A stretch of 64,000 bases of DNA from Fistulifera solaris (Eukaryota): positions 310,001 to 374,000 of the forward strand of contig AP026136.1 of NCBI GenBank assembly GCA_030295235.1, given 5' to 3'. A model generated the notes under the pieces. That model had not been told where the DNA came from. It made no database searches and saw only the letters and a program-made list of their open reading frames with translations. A program made the position numbers and the translations under genes. Positions 25,281 through 37,625 of this stretch are shown one piece after another (position 1 is the first letter of the stretch; the number at the start of each line of letters is the position of its first letter).

Positions 25281-26318
25281 ATGCCTTCCGAATCATCATC
25301 ATCATCATCTTTTCAGGAAGACAGAAATATCGAGCGCAAACGACGGAAATTATCATCATCCGACGGTCGATTGGTAGAATGGCGATTGTATAATGGAGGA
25401 ACCCATACGTTTCGAAAAGAGGATCGAGTGTACATCCGCCCCAAATCGGCACGCGAAATGGGTGTTGTGGGGCGTCTAGTAGAACGCTTGGATGATAAAA
25501 AATGGAAGTTACGTTCCGACGACCACAAACAAGTACACGTCTACGAAAATCGCATGATTCCTATTTTATCTTCTTCTTCTTCTTCCAAAACAGAGAATCA
25601 TCATGAAAAAGACAACGATACTCTTTCTGTAATAATAACAGCCGAAACCAAATATTACCGACAATTGGCAACTTCTCAAGTTTGTTCTCCGGATACTGTT
25701 TTGGAAATTGGATGTTCGACGGGTGAGACTTCCAAAGTCCTTTGGAAACGTGCTTCCTCCTGGGTCGGATTTGATACGTCCGCTGAAATGACGGAACGGA
25801 CCATGTCCAAAAACACCTCTTCCTGTCGCAGGCTATGTCAGAAAATGAACGCACTTTTAGAACCGGCATTGGCCTATCAAACAGTCCATCAACATCAACC
25901 TGTCACCACAGCAGTGTGGATGGACATTGGAGGGAATCGTGAAATGAATGGAGTGGCCCGGATGCTGCATTGGATTCTGACTGCACCGTTTCCGGCTCTG
26001 CAATTGATTGTCGTCAAAAGTAAGGAATTAGCTCGTGAATTATCTTCCATACCAGTAGATTCCAAAGGAATTCTGCAAATGGATGGAATGGAGTTTTTAA
26101 ACAAGAAACGGTTGGATTCCCGCCGTTTGCCTCGTCATCCTCAACAAGCACCCAAAGTCTATAGTCCTATCGATCCATCTCTTCCCATTTGTCGATATCA
26201 CAATTACCACAAAAAGGGATGTAGGAAAGGAAGCGATTGTCCTTTTGACCATGTGCATTGTCACATGTGCCTCGAGGCTGGTCATGTTGCCATGAGCTGT
26301 GCGAAATCGACGTTATGA
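25281..26318 (+). CDS. Class I SAM-methyltransferase-like protein with C-terminal CCCH and CCHC zinc fingers
   Basis: Motif I-like VLEIGCSTGETS followed by VGFDTS; CRYHNYHKKGCRKGSDCPFDH (CCCH) and CHMCLEAGHVAMSC (CCHC knuckle). Intact ORF. Confidence 0.7.
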   Translation: MPSESSSSSSFQEDRNIERKRRKLSSSDGRLVEWRLYNGGTHTFRKEDRVYIRPKSAREMGVVGRLVERLDDKKWKLRSDDHKQVHVYENRMIPILSSSSSSKTENHHEKDNDTLSVIITAETKYYRQLATSQVCSPDTVLEIGCSTGETSKVLWKRASSWVGFDTSAEMTERTMSKNTSSCRRLCQKMNALLEPALAYQTVHQHQPVTTAVWMDIGGNREMNGVARMLHWILTAPFPALQLIVVKSKELARELSSIPVDSKGILQMDGMEFLNKKRLDSRRLPRHPQQAPKVYSPIDPSLPICRYHNYHKKGCRKGSDCPFDHVHCHMCLEAGHVAMSCAKSTL

Positions 26319-26485
26319 TTGACATTGATTCATGCATCTATCGGTATTGCAAACACGAGTATAGTCTCACTCGCTTTCCTTCTGACAAAAATAACCTTCC
26401 AACAAGGATCTTCATAATCAGAAACACTACAAAATTGTCTATATTTATCTCTACATATACACTGCACCGATCCAAAAAAAACTTA

Positions 26486-27772
26486 TCACAACACATCCAT
26501 CCCAATCGAAGGCGTACCCTCCGTAGTGGGATCGAACGACACAACACTTGGATAGGAGTTCTGAACCCGGAGCCGATCGACAGGTACTTCGTCGAATCGG
26601 TCTTTCATGGTACGCCATTCGACGGAGCATATCTTGCTCGATCCAGCCGAAAATAAAACTCGTAAGTTTGCCGACAAGAGGACAAACTCGTCTTGGCCTT
26701 GAATGAACAAATCCACATCCAGAGATGCTGTGTTATCCAGGCTAAGGGCAACGCGATCAACAGACTTGGAATATGTGAGCAGTGACGTGGCTTGTGGGCC
26801 GAAGCGATCTTCGGTGCGACTAATGAGCTTCTCATCGAATCGTCCCATTCCCTGTAAGCCTTGGATTTCCTGTGTATCGCCATTGCCGTCGTAGAACACA
26901 AAGGCATCCAGGTCATCTACAATATGCGTAATTCCACCTTCCGGGAGAGGTGCCGAAGTAGGTGAACGACCCAGCTGGCGCACCATTTGCTGGCGAACAT
27001 TGAGAAAGTCCACCACAGTTTGTCTTCGGGCTTGATCTAAATGATGCTGTCGTTCAAATTTGTCAAACGCCTCCTCTTTGGACAAAAGCTCGTCGTACCT
27101 AGCCTTCTTGCGGTTTCTTGTACTTCGCGCATGCTCGCGGTTCCTGGTTCTGGTCAACTCGAGACGCTCATCCTCGGTGAGATTCTTGCGCTTCTTGCCT
27201 CGTTGAGGCTTCGATTGCAAGGCTGCTTCAATTTGTTCTCTGCGAACAGCTTCGACCTTGGTAGAATCGGGAGATCCACGAGACGTATCGCAAGAGACTG
27301 CCTTGTAGCTCAGATAGAGACCCGAGCGTCCATCCACGCCCGGCAAGACCGACGACGGCGCCAGAGAAAAGGCCGCAGTCGAGCCGCCATGGACTAACAG
27401 ACTAGATTCTTGAGGAGATACCGTTTCGGTTTGTCGAAAGTGGTGTAGTCGACCATGAGGCGACGGACAAAGAAGGGAGGTTGAACTTCTAGCCTTGTCC
27501 ATCATGCGGAGATACGCAACACTCTGCTCCCTGTGGAATGTGTTTAGTACACCCGGCCACAATCGTTCAGGAACGCTTGTTGTTTGGTTGATCTCCCAAC
27601 AAGGAGCATTTTGTTCCCTTTCGCCAATCGCCAAGGCATTTGAATTTGACTCTGTCTTTGGGTTTCCCTTGATTCCAAGCAATGCCGACGCTAAGAGAGC
27701 GTCAGTCTCGGTAGGAGAAACTTGATAAGAAGTACTTGCGGAAGATTGGCTCATCCTAACAAAAGACTTCAT
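26486..27772 (-). CDS. bZIP-type transcription factor
   Basis: Basic region KPQRGKKRKNLTEDERLELTRTRNREHARSTRNRKKARYDEL (N-x7-R/K pattern). Intact 428-aa ORF. Confidence 0.8.
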   Translation of the reverse strand: MKSFVRMSQSSASTSYQVSPTETDALLASALLGIKGNPKTESNSNALAIGEREQNAPCWEINQTTSVPERLWPGVLNTFHREQSVAYLRMMDKARSSTSLLCPSPHGRLHHFRQTETVSPQESSLLVHGGSTAAFSLAPSSVLPGVDGRSGLYLSYKAVSCDTSRGSPDSTKVEAVRREQIEAALQSKPQRGKKRKNLTEDERLELTRTRNREHARSTRNRKKARYDELLSKEEAFDKFERQHHLDQARRQTVVDFLNVRQQMVRQLGRSPTSAPLPEGGITHIVDDLDAFVFYDGNGDTQEIQGLQGMGRFDEKLISRTEDRFGPQATSLLTYSKSVDRVALSLDNTASLDVDLFIQGQDEFVLLSANLRVLFSAGSSKICSVEWRTMKDRFDEVPVDRLRVQNSYPSVVSFDPTTEGTPSIGMDVL

Positions 27773-29124
27773 TGAGTTTTAAAAGAGTTTGTTCTTTCAA
27801 TGACAGAACCAATGGAGATCCGAGACAGAACGATTCTGGCCTGAGAAAAAGGGAAACGAAGGATAGAGAGCCAATGAGAAACGAGAGACGACAGCAACAA
27901 GTTCTGCCTTCTGCGCGCCGCGCATGCGAAATGCAAATCCATAGTAAATCAGTACAACAAATACGGTCATGACGATGACTATCACAATGTGGGCCCGCGA
28001 CCGTCGTGCGTACTCGTTCCACTCCAGTACCGGTACGGTTTCGGAAGAGAAGGTCATGGATTTACAGCAAAAGAGTAGAGAGAGCCAGCTGGGTAGGGCC
28101 AATCGCGTAACAAGCTGATTCATTCAGTTTTCCCAATGGAACGTTGACGATGGTTGACGCAGTGAAAGATGAGCTTGATGAATGATGATTCATTCGATGT
28201 CAAATCTTTCATTGATGAAAGAATTTGTAAAATGATCGCCGAACGCTTGTTCAACCCAACTGTAAGATATGGAGCATACATGCACAAAGAGCCGAAGATT
28301 TACAACGGTCGATAATCGATCGGAGACAACAAACAAATTAGTATACCCGCAGATCGGAAAGACTCACCAAGCTTTTTTTTGTTCGGATAATCCGATAGTG
28401 AGTGATTGCGGAGGCAATAGTGCAAGCAACAACGATGCTGAAGAAGATGGTCTTTTGTTGCTGCGCTTTCCGCATTTATGCGATTATTTCCAATGGTCGA
28501 CAATTTCAAGGACGAAAGCAAACTGCTTGGAATTCTTTCGCACCAAATTTCAACCACCGCGTGGATCTTTTTGGATGATTCTTTGTCACGTTTGGGAAAC
28601 GGAATGTCACTGTGCGAAGAGAGTAGAACCGCAAACTGGCCAATTGCATCACAATGTGACGCTTCTTCTTCAACTACAAAACACTACTGAACGGACTACG
28701 TAGCGCGCAAAACACCAGTGTCGCACCATCGCCATTCGCCATTCCTTATTCGCGTTCTCTTTTCTCTCATCTCTTTACTACAAAGCGCGGGAAACCTGAC
28801 GGATTCAGCATAATTAAAAGAAAAATGACGTGTCGATTTTTGGAAGACAGCGCACGGCGCATCACTACTCACTACCAGGTAGAAGCGGGAATTCTATTAC
28901 CGCTTGCTCCTTGTCATTCAATCACACGTTCTTCTTTTCTGATACACGTAGTACATACACGATTGTGAGTCACGAGTAAAATTTGCTTGCTTGCATGGCT
29001 TAATTAGCTTTGGCCATCACAAGTCACAAGCATCAATCAAGTTTAATAAATGAAGTCTTTAGCCCAATTGACAAAGATGTGGTGTATTTGAAGCGATTTG
29101 CAATGTCGGAAACATAAAGAATGA

Positions 29125-30093
29125 TTATAAGAAAACGCCCCAACCTAAATTGCCATCCTTCATCGTACTTCTTGAAGTTTCATGAGCCCACTCTGTGTCT
29201 CGTAATAATGTAGGATTAGGTCTGGTGCTCGGAAGTAAGCTTTTAATTTCGTCTGAATTTAGGACCGACTTGACTGGACTGAATCCACAACAGACACGAA
29301 TTTCGGGATCGGGGTCCAGGAGTCGACAGATGAGGTCCAAGAGCGTGGATGGAACTGTTGCACCAAAGTTCGCCGACGAGAGGTCCCCGTTCGCATGGGC
29401 AATGACCCTGTCCAAAATCGATGCCTCCGAGTCGGCGTGAAACGGCGATGTCCCTGTCCATAGCGTGTGCAGCAGGCAGCCGAACGACCACAAATCAACA
29501 GATACCGTAGGGGTGCAATTTCCGTGAATGAGCTCTGGGGCAGCGTACTCCGCAGTGCCTCGAAGAACGGCAATTTTACGGAGTGGTTCCTCGGATAAAG
29601 TCGACGTCAATATTGCGGACCCAAAGTCGATCACGACAACCTTGCGCGAGTCTGCTGTCAGGAGAAGATTGTCGGGTTTTAAGTCCGCATGGATGACATG
29701 ATACTTATGAATAGCTTCAACTGCTCCAGCCATACCAAGAGCAACCTCAACGGAATGACTCAGCCATGTCTGTTCGTCCATTGTGGGCTTTTGTTCCAAA
29801 AATTGAGTGAGCGTTCCTTTCAGGAACAATTCCAACACCAGATATACGAACTGATCATCGTGGAAAGCGGCAAGAAGTGTGGCAACGAATGGGCAATCAA
29901 CAAGTGTCCGCAATACGCGCTGTTCTATCAGGACGGCGTTCAGCCAGTCGGGATGCTTGTTCAACGACGTTTTGTCATACAACTTGATGGCGACGTCTCG
30001 GTCTGTTTCCTTATGAACGCCGTGATAAACGGTTCCAAAACTGCCCTGTCCGATGCACACTCCGACCATATAATCCTTTAGCGAAGATTCCAT
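29125..30093 (-). CDS. Ser/Thr protein kinase, divergent AGC/PDK1-like
   Basis: IGQGSFGTV, VAIK, HADLKPDN, DFG, GTAEYAAPE, DLWSFGC. Confidence 0.88.
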   Translation of the reverse strand: MESSLKDYMVGVCIGQGSFGTVYHGVHKETDRDVAIKLYDKTSLNKHPDWLNAVLIEQRVLRTLVDCPFVATLLAAFHDDQFVYLVLELFLKGTLTQFLEQKPTMDEQTWLSHSVEVALGMAGAVEAIHKYHVIHADLKPDNLLLTADSRKVVVIDFGSAILTSTLSEEPLRKIAVLRGTAEYAAPELIHGNCTPTVSVDLWSFGCLLHTLWTGTSPFHADSEASILDRVIAHANGDLSSANFGATVPSTLLDLICRLLDPDPEIRVCCGFSPVKSVLNSDEIKSLLPSTRPNPTLLRDTEWAHETSRSTMKDGNLGWGVFL

Positions 30094-30469
30094 GCTGTGA
30101 TTTTGCCCTTCTATGTCAAGTTCGACATTTCATTATTTTTTGTTTGCGCTGAACTTGCTTCCGCCTTGCGCTTCAAGTATTTTTCTTTTTTCGTTCGATG
30201 AAGAACGACCCACTGATTTTTATTAGGTGTGATGATTGAATCTGACTACTCTAGAGAATACTCCGTACTATTAACCTTAATGAATTTGGGAGTTATTAAT
30301 AAATGCGATGTTTGCGTTGCTACCATGGTACCAAGTGCAACATTCAAAATAATTTTGCTTTACCAGGTAGATATTTGTAAAAGTGTCCATCTTTTCTCCT
30401 TTATCATAGTCGATTTCCGTCTCGCATTCAAGGCGGAGGAATTGGTTGGACACCGCAGCCGCTTTTAAA

Positions 30470-31121
30470 ATGAATTCTACAATACCTTCGTCCTCTGCTT
30501 GGAAGACCGTGCTAGCAAGCCTGCCTCTGGCGCTGTGGGCACGAGACTCATTCTTTGGCTTTTGTCGTGTCAGGGGCACCTCGATGGAACCCTCTTTGAG
30601 AGATGGCGATATTATCTTAGTTCGGAAATGCGACTCGGGGGCACTGGCGGATGCACTGATGCGCTTTCTTGTATCGTCGTCGTCGTCGTCGGATGGAGAG
30701 ACTGAACGCGCCCGCGTACGTCGTTACGAACAATTGCAATCACAGTACGTTCCAGCATCAAAATTCTACGAATGCCCTCCGACCGCTCTCGCTGGTCATA
30801 TCGTGGTTTACAAGGATCCCGAAAAGGCATTTCCGACCGAGTTGGCGGTAAAGCGCGTCGTGGCGTTAGGAGGCCAATGGCTACGATTGCCTGCTTCGGA
30901 GACGAATACGCGAAGATTGCAGAGCCTGCCTGGGTATACGCTCCATGTTGAAGGTGACAACGCTGGTAATTCTCGAGACTCTCGGCACGTGGGCCCTATT
31001 AGCAAAAAATCTTTTGGTTGGCGTTGCTGAATACGTAGTGTGGCCTCCGACTCGATGGCAGAGAATACAGAGAAAGACGGTTCTAGATGATAATGACAAA
31101 CAAAGAGCCTTTTGGCCATAA
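30470..31121 (+). CDS. Mitochondrial inner-membrane peptidase (S26, IMP1/IMP2-like)
   Basis: VRGTSMEPSL (catalytic Ser), AVKRVVA (Lys), VEGDNAGNSRDSRHVGP. After a frameshift in an A-run (~31007) it continues NLLVGVAEYVVWPPTRW to TAA at 31121. Confidence 0.85.
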
Positions 31122-31173
31122 AAACGTTGAACCAGAGACTGTACAGCCAACGAATGTATAAACTACTAAATTC

Positions 31174-32252
31174 TCAATCGTCACTCTGTGACCAAGTCTG
31201 GCTTTGAGAGAGAGACATAATGAGACCTTTGGGATCTTTGATACCCTGGTACCCCCTGAAATTGGTGATTGCGTCTGTACTGTTTGTGGAGTTGCAATCG
31301 AACACGATCGGACTCTTCCGCGATCTTTGACACGTTTTCCAAGGCTTGATGAATTCTAATACATGATAGAGAAATATCTTCGAGCGTTTGATTCACCTTT
31401 TCAATTTCTTCCGTAATTGTAACTTCCTTCGGCGTATCAACTGTTTGTTTACTCTGTTTTTCCTGGTCTTCCTTGTGCTGTCGCTCCATTTCCTCGATTT
31501 CTCGCTCTTGTTGATTCAGATGCTCGGCTGCATCTTTCCACGATTTCTCCTCTTTTTGTAGCTTCGAGATCTCTGTCATGAGATAAACGATTTCTCTCCA
31601 CAACTCCTGGTTCTTGGGGAGCTTCTTGATCAATTCTTGTTTTTGCTTATTGCGCGCTATTTCCAGTTCACGTTCGCGCACTTCTTCCGATCGTGCCTTT
31701 TCGACCTCCTGCCGCTTTAATTCTTTTTTCTTTTTCTTGCTGCAACTCCTCTCGACGCTGAGCATCGCGCTTTTCCCGTGACGCGGACACGGCCTGCATG
31801 GCGGCCCCAATGCTGGCCATGACCGTTTTGCGGCAACGTACGACCATATCGGTTTGGTGGGGCAAGTCACGCTGCACTTTCGCTTGCAAATCTTTCAAGG
31901 CTTGCAATTCAGAGGAAGCAATCGCTGGTAAAAGGACTTCTTCGAAGGAAAGCACTCCAACATCCGCTAGGGCGGCTTGATCACTCTTGTCATTGGTCAT
32001 GGCGTGATCGACAAGAGACTTTACTAGCCCTTTGGAGGGGAAAGGAACGTTCGAAGGGCATTCAATAGATTCCAGCGGTAATGCAGCTTCTTTTGAGGAG
32101 TCGATAGGCGTTTGAGTAGGGACTACGGGACTTTCTACAGGAACACGCTTGAAGCGTTTTGCGGAGTTTGTCAGGCTTTCGTTACCAGAGACATTTCTCA
32201 GTGGAGATCTGCTGAGGATAGCCGCTTGTGGTAACACGTTAGCACCTTCCAT
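31174..32252 (-). CDS. Hypothetical coiled-coil protein
   Basis: Two overlapping ORFs joined by a frameshift at ~31730 (a second at ~31253). Long E/K/R-rich heptad region; N-terminal SP/TP sites and an RSPL D-box-like motif. Confidence 0.6.
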
Positions 32253-33055
32253 ATTTTATAAGAAATTGATGCGAATGTTTGAATTAGTTGTGGTTGAGGG
32301 TCGACTTTGATATACGTTGTTTCAAACGCACGTTGTTGCTTCATTGTCATTCTTGTCACAGGTTGTTTCCGTAGATTTGATACCAGTAGCAGACTAGAAG
32401 ACGGTATACGGAAGGCTGATGCGCTGATTCGGCATTCCGCTAAACCAAAAACGGCAATACACCCAGTTAGTAGCGTTAAGAACAGAACGTGAAAGCGCAT
32501 GCCAAACAATAACCCAAACCCTAAATGCTTTTACGGAAAACATACTGAAGGCTCACAAAACACCAAAAGCTAGTGCTAGTGCTCTCATCATCGGCTTTCA
32601 GCTATGCAATGCACGATCATGACAATAATATCTAGTTTGAAAAACCAACGTGTCAAAATTTTTTACGTGTCGCTATACGGCATAATCGATCTAGTAAACG
32701 TCCCAAACTGGACGCTGATCGCATCCATGTCTACAGTACCGAGACGGCTAGTTACGGAATCAATTACTATATATATCTTCTGCGAGTTGAGAAGTCGATG
32801 AATTGATTGCTTTTCCTATCGTCAAGACGTGCTAAAACTTAAATTTAAACACTTTCCAATTGTAAGGATAGCCGATGAATGATAGATAAAACTCCTTAAT
32901 GTCCTAATTCCTAAGTATGATTATATGGTATGGTATATTCTGAGTGCTGTGATGATTCAATGGGTGTTGAGGTGAAAAGAAACAATGACGGTGGCGGAAT
33001 GGAAATGGTGCAGCGAAAAGTTCGTCGGCGCCATCAATGAGTGGATGACTCAGAT

Positions 33056-34256
33056 TCACGGCATACGTTTGTCACCACGTCCAGCATAGGCTCTAGAAAT
33101 TTCAGCATACTTTCCACCCAAGCACATCAAGATGTCAGACCAGAGATCAGCTGCATTGTCTTCTTCTGTAACCATCGCGCCGGCATATCGAAGGATCAGA
33201 TCCGACGATACGGCCGCCGTGTACCACACACCTTTCTTGATTTCCCGAGAGAGCTGACCAGGTACCCACGCAGCATGACCCTTCACAAATAGAGCATGAT
33301 GAGGGTCGAACCGATTAATACGGACTTCGTTCATTAGCTCTTCAGATCCGCCGACATAAACGCCTGGACAAAGTTTCGTAGAACCTTCAACTTCACCAAA
33401 TCCATGAATGACGGAAAGCTCCTCTTGCAACACAGGTCCACCGTAGGACACGGGTGATTTGGAAAATGCCATCTTTAATGACAAATCTAGGTTGCAATTA
33501 GCCTGCGACGCAACCTTTGCAAATCACCTTCCAAGGGCCTTCAAAATTCCCAACAAATCACAAAAATGAGTTTCACTCTCGATTTGTTCTCAACAATTCT
33601 ACAGAACGGTGTGGAACCTACCTGTTTATCACGATACCAATCGAACCAGTTTTTTCGTCATGTTGCACGACTAGAACAACGGTCTGGTGGAAGACGCCGC
33701 CGAGTTTTTCGTTGGCCAGCAACACGCAACCCGGTTCGACGTGAGGAATTTCGTGCGCCCAACGGTGCTTATTGATCTTGACCTTCGATTTTATGAGCAG
33801 AGGAAGTTCGGCCTCCGACACAAATGGATCATCCGTAACAATTTTATCATCATCGGACAGTCCACCGATGGCGTCGCCATCAAAGATATCCGAAGAGTGC
33901 CGGCGTCCGCTGGCTACACGGCTGGAGTTCTTTTTCTGAAAAATAGAACTAATCGCACCCGCAAACAGTTCACCAAGTTGCCCTTGGTGCGCCAGCTTTT
34001 CATCGCCGTAATCTTTTGGTTCGGATGACGGTGTGTCGTTCTTTCGTTGATGGGACGCTTCGGCTTGCTCCTTGGCGACTAAATTGGCACGGAACAAACG
34101 CCAATCATTGCCCATCATTTCTTCCAGATTTCTCTCAATGTGTGCACGCTCCGAGTTCTTGCTGTTCATAGCAGTATCAATATGGTGCCATTGACGCCAG
34201 GGAGCGAAGGCAGAGGTCGCCATGAGGGGAAGAAGCAGCAGAGTTCGGACTGTCAT
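33056..34256 (-). CDS. DUF179 (AlgH/YqgE) family protein, plastid-targeted
   Basis: [38 protein letters not shown]...[30 protein letters not shown]. Leader ...LMATSA-FAP. Intron 33539-33621 plus a frameshift at ~33517. Confidence 0.88.
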
Positions 34257-35227
34257 TGTGTATCTTTCTGAAAATTATGGTGTCAATTACAAACTCAATC
34301 ACTGCAGGCGTTTTTCAAGGAAAACGTGTCGCTCTTGTGTAAAGGAGGTGTTGTAACTCAGAAAAGAGGATAGGATTCTTTGAATCACCAAAAGAGGGAG
34401 TTGGTATCGGTCAAGGGGAGAATGGGATTGTAATCTTGATGGCAGAAATCACAAAAGAAAAACTTTACAATCTTCTTGACACTGTTTGTGCGAAGGATTT
34501 GATGGTGCTTCGGTTGCTTCCAACTTTTTCTTCCTTTGCGGTTCCGATTCTGGCACGCCAGCCTGTTCGCAGTCACTCTACACAACTACCTAGAGTCCGA
34601 CAGAGTCACTATCCTTCGACAGCTGATACTCTTCTCGGTTTCACATCGATGCGACAATCCTTGTTTGCAAATCGAATAGTTTCCAGTACCAGATTGTAGC
34701 ATCCGCGATTGAACTTCAGCTGTTGATAAGTGAGAGAAACCGAGGAAGTGCGCAGATTTCGACAAGGTTTCTGTTCCTTGGAGCTTCTCTCACCGAAATA
34801 AACAACAAACATGTTAGAAATTAGAAACAGAAAAAATGAGCTATTGCTATCAAGTGCTAAGGGTAGACGGAATGACTACCCTCTGCACACATACATTGCG
34901 ATGAGATCAAAATAGATCGACAAGAAAAGCTGACTGTGACGTGTTCTGGATCCCTTGACTAATTCGTGTTAAAATGAGAATTACAGGCAAGTTACAAGCT
35001 GATCGATTCGGCATTGAAAGAAGCAAAAATTACCGACAGGAGAGTGTTTACAGTGATCAAAATGAGATTTAATGAATTGATTCTAGGTCTAATCCCACAT
35101 TGTTAACTCAATGTATGTTCCTGATCGAACAAGTAATTGTCGGCTGGTAACTACCTGTAGCATCCACGCCTGAAAGTAAGGATAGACTTTTTAAGGTCTC
35201 GGAATGGATAGCTCATCATCGTTCATG

Positions 35228-37625
35228 TTATTCGTTTACATACATGTCAACATCATCCTCCATATCGAATAAACTATCGTTTTCATCGACAACGCTCTCC
35301 TCGTCATCAAACCAACCCCGTCCACAGTAGCTTAGAATGAGGGGCCACAGGTCCAGAAAAATTCCTGTTCCCTCAAGCTCCAGATGCTTTCCAACAAGCA
35401 GTACTGTGAGTACGGCCTTTCGATCCGCCGGTGTAAACAGCATGTGTCTCTCAGCACTCCAATGCGATTCAGCTTGAGCTATGAGTTCTTTACATTCATC
35501 GATAGAACGCTGGGTTAAACAGTTCCAAGGTTTCGATGATGTAATCGGCTGCTGTGGTATCATCGAAAGGAGCAAAGGGGACGATACGGGTGTGCTCATT
35601 CGGGGCCCTGACGACTCTCTTCTTACGGGCGTTTCAGGACGTGGTGGGCTTCGCGGTTGTGTAGGCGATCGGGATCGTGCTTCTCTGTCCCCGCCATTGC
35701 TGCTGCGATAAAGGAGCCTTCTCGTTTCCACTTTCACTCCAGCATGAAGAAGCTCACGTAGCACATTACTGCTTCCCCGCGCCACAGCAACATGGATTGG
35801 CAGCCGATCACTCAAGTCAGGAATTTCCATGGCTTTTCTTGCTGTATGATGCCGTAAAAGGACTCGAGCGGCTCTATGAGCATTATAATGAGCGCAATAA
35901 TGAAGGGGTGTGTAACCACTGAACCGATTGTGTGGGCCGTCTAATTGAGCATCATCACTTCCAGGACCTGCAGAGCAGCGAGCGCCAAGATCTGCTCCCC
36001 TGCTAAGTAGAAGAGCGGCAGCATCGGATGCATTTTCTTGCGATGCAAAGCAAAGGGGTGTAGCGCCACTATTGGCGCGAGCATCCACGTCGGCACCAGC
36101 ATCAAGCAATAATTCAATTGTCTCTTTTGAGTTACTATACGCAGCATCGTGGAGTGGCGTCCATCCAGAAGGATGAGCTCTCGCATTAGGATCTGCATTG
36201 AACTTCAATAACAAAGACACACATTCTGTTTCGTTCTTGAAAGCAGCCCAATGGAGCGGAGTGTTGCCATGCCCATCAGATGTACCAGCAGAGTCGCCGC
36301 GGCGCGAAAAGGCCGCCGGGAAATGCTGTCACTATTCGTTCGGAACCCGCATGATCTCGCAAGCGAACGCTCCGACTGCTTCGACAACGTCGCATTTTCC
36401 ATTATAAGCCGGGCCGCAGCTAGCTCGTCTATTGTGCCCGCTTGAACCTGTCTCGACAAATCTCGAAACAGACGGAGTAAAGTCATAAAATCACATTTCG
36501 GTTTCGATGCATCCTTATCAAAGTACATTGAATCATCGAAATCTCTCATAAAAAGCTCTGGGTGAGCTGCATATGTGTATATTGGCGCCAGCGCCTGCGA
36601 ACTATCGAGACGACGAGGAATGAATGGAAATCTTGTGTTTCGAATTCGTGACGAAACATCGTTTCCTTCGCTTTCTGCGTATTGTTGCCCCAGTTCAAGT
36701 AGAAGAGTTAGGCACTGGACCGAGCCGTTACATGCTGCCTCATGTATCATTAACCTTCGGAAAGCCGTGTGTGAGGCTCTAGCATCACCACCCATGGCCA
36801 AAAGGAAAGCCAACACAAGAGGAATATCCAAAGCACATGCTAAATGTAAAATACTTCCAGCGCCCCCGGAAGAGCCCCCAGACGAATCTACCAAAAGATG
36901 CGGAGGAGTCGCGTTTGCTACACTTCCATCAAAAACAGGTGCAGTCTCATCATGGGCACCGTCTTCTCGCGACACGGTACGTCCGTCTTCATTTACAACA
37001 AAATTGTTTGGGGGTCTCGTTGAAGTAAGAACCATTGAAGCGTCACGAAGTAGACGTTCGGCTTCTGCGCAAACTTCAATGCATGAGCCTCCATGCTGCA
37101 ATGAGTCTGTTGAATCCACCCGATCGGTCAAGAAATAGGAGAGTTCGCTCAAAAGAGAACAAAAGCATCGCTGCTGCTGCTTCTCGAGAACAAGTTGGGA
37201 CCCATCTGTTGCCGTATCTGCACCGGGAGACCAGTCGGTATTCATCGTTTCGTCTCTTTTTTCCTCTTAATAGAATTAGAAAACAGACGTCAGTATTTTG
37301 CAACAACAATCACAAATAAGGGGCAACGAGAGAAAAACTTCTGCAGAAGAAACAAAATGAAATTGTCGCTGCACATAAACCGATGTTGTGGTTCAACGCA
37401 TTTGCTATACAAATACATCCAACGGATTTTTACGCCCGTCGTTATTTCGCAATCGAGAATTAATTCATAGTACTTACCATCAGCTGCACTTCGCGCACCC
37501 CAACGCCGCCGCATCGTTGAGTACGCGGAAAGAGCATCCAGGGCATTTTGTCCATAGATGCGCAGAAGCGCGTCGTAATCACGTTGTGCGACCGCTTCAA
37601 ACAAAGACTGAGAAAGATTATCCAT
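35228..37625 (-). CDS. Ankyrin-repeat protein
   Basis: Ankyrin repeats GNTPLHWAA, GWTPLHDAA, GATPLCFAS, GYTPLHYCA, RLPIHVAV. Intron 37266-37477 joins AAD-EEKRDETM. Frameshift in a T-run at ~36308. Confidence 0.85.

Noticed and set aside
28269..28703. 144-aa ORF upstream of the bZIP gene
   Set aside because: No recognisable domain or splice support, and the composition looks like random translation.
32511..32525. Telomere-like AACCC/AACCCTAA (also TTAGTTAGGG near 57862)
   Set aside because: Only one or two degenerate units, which is expected by chance.
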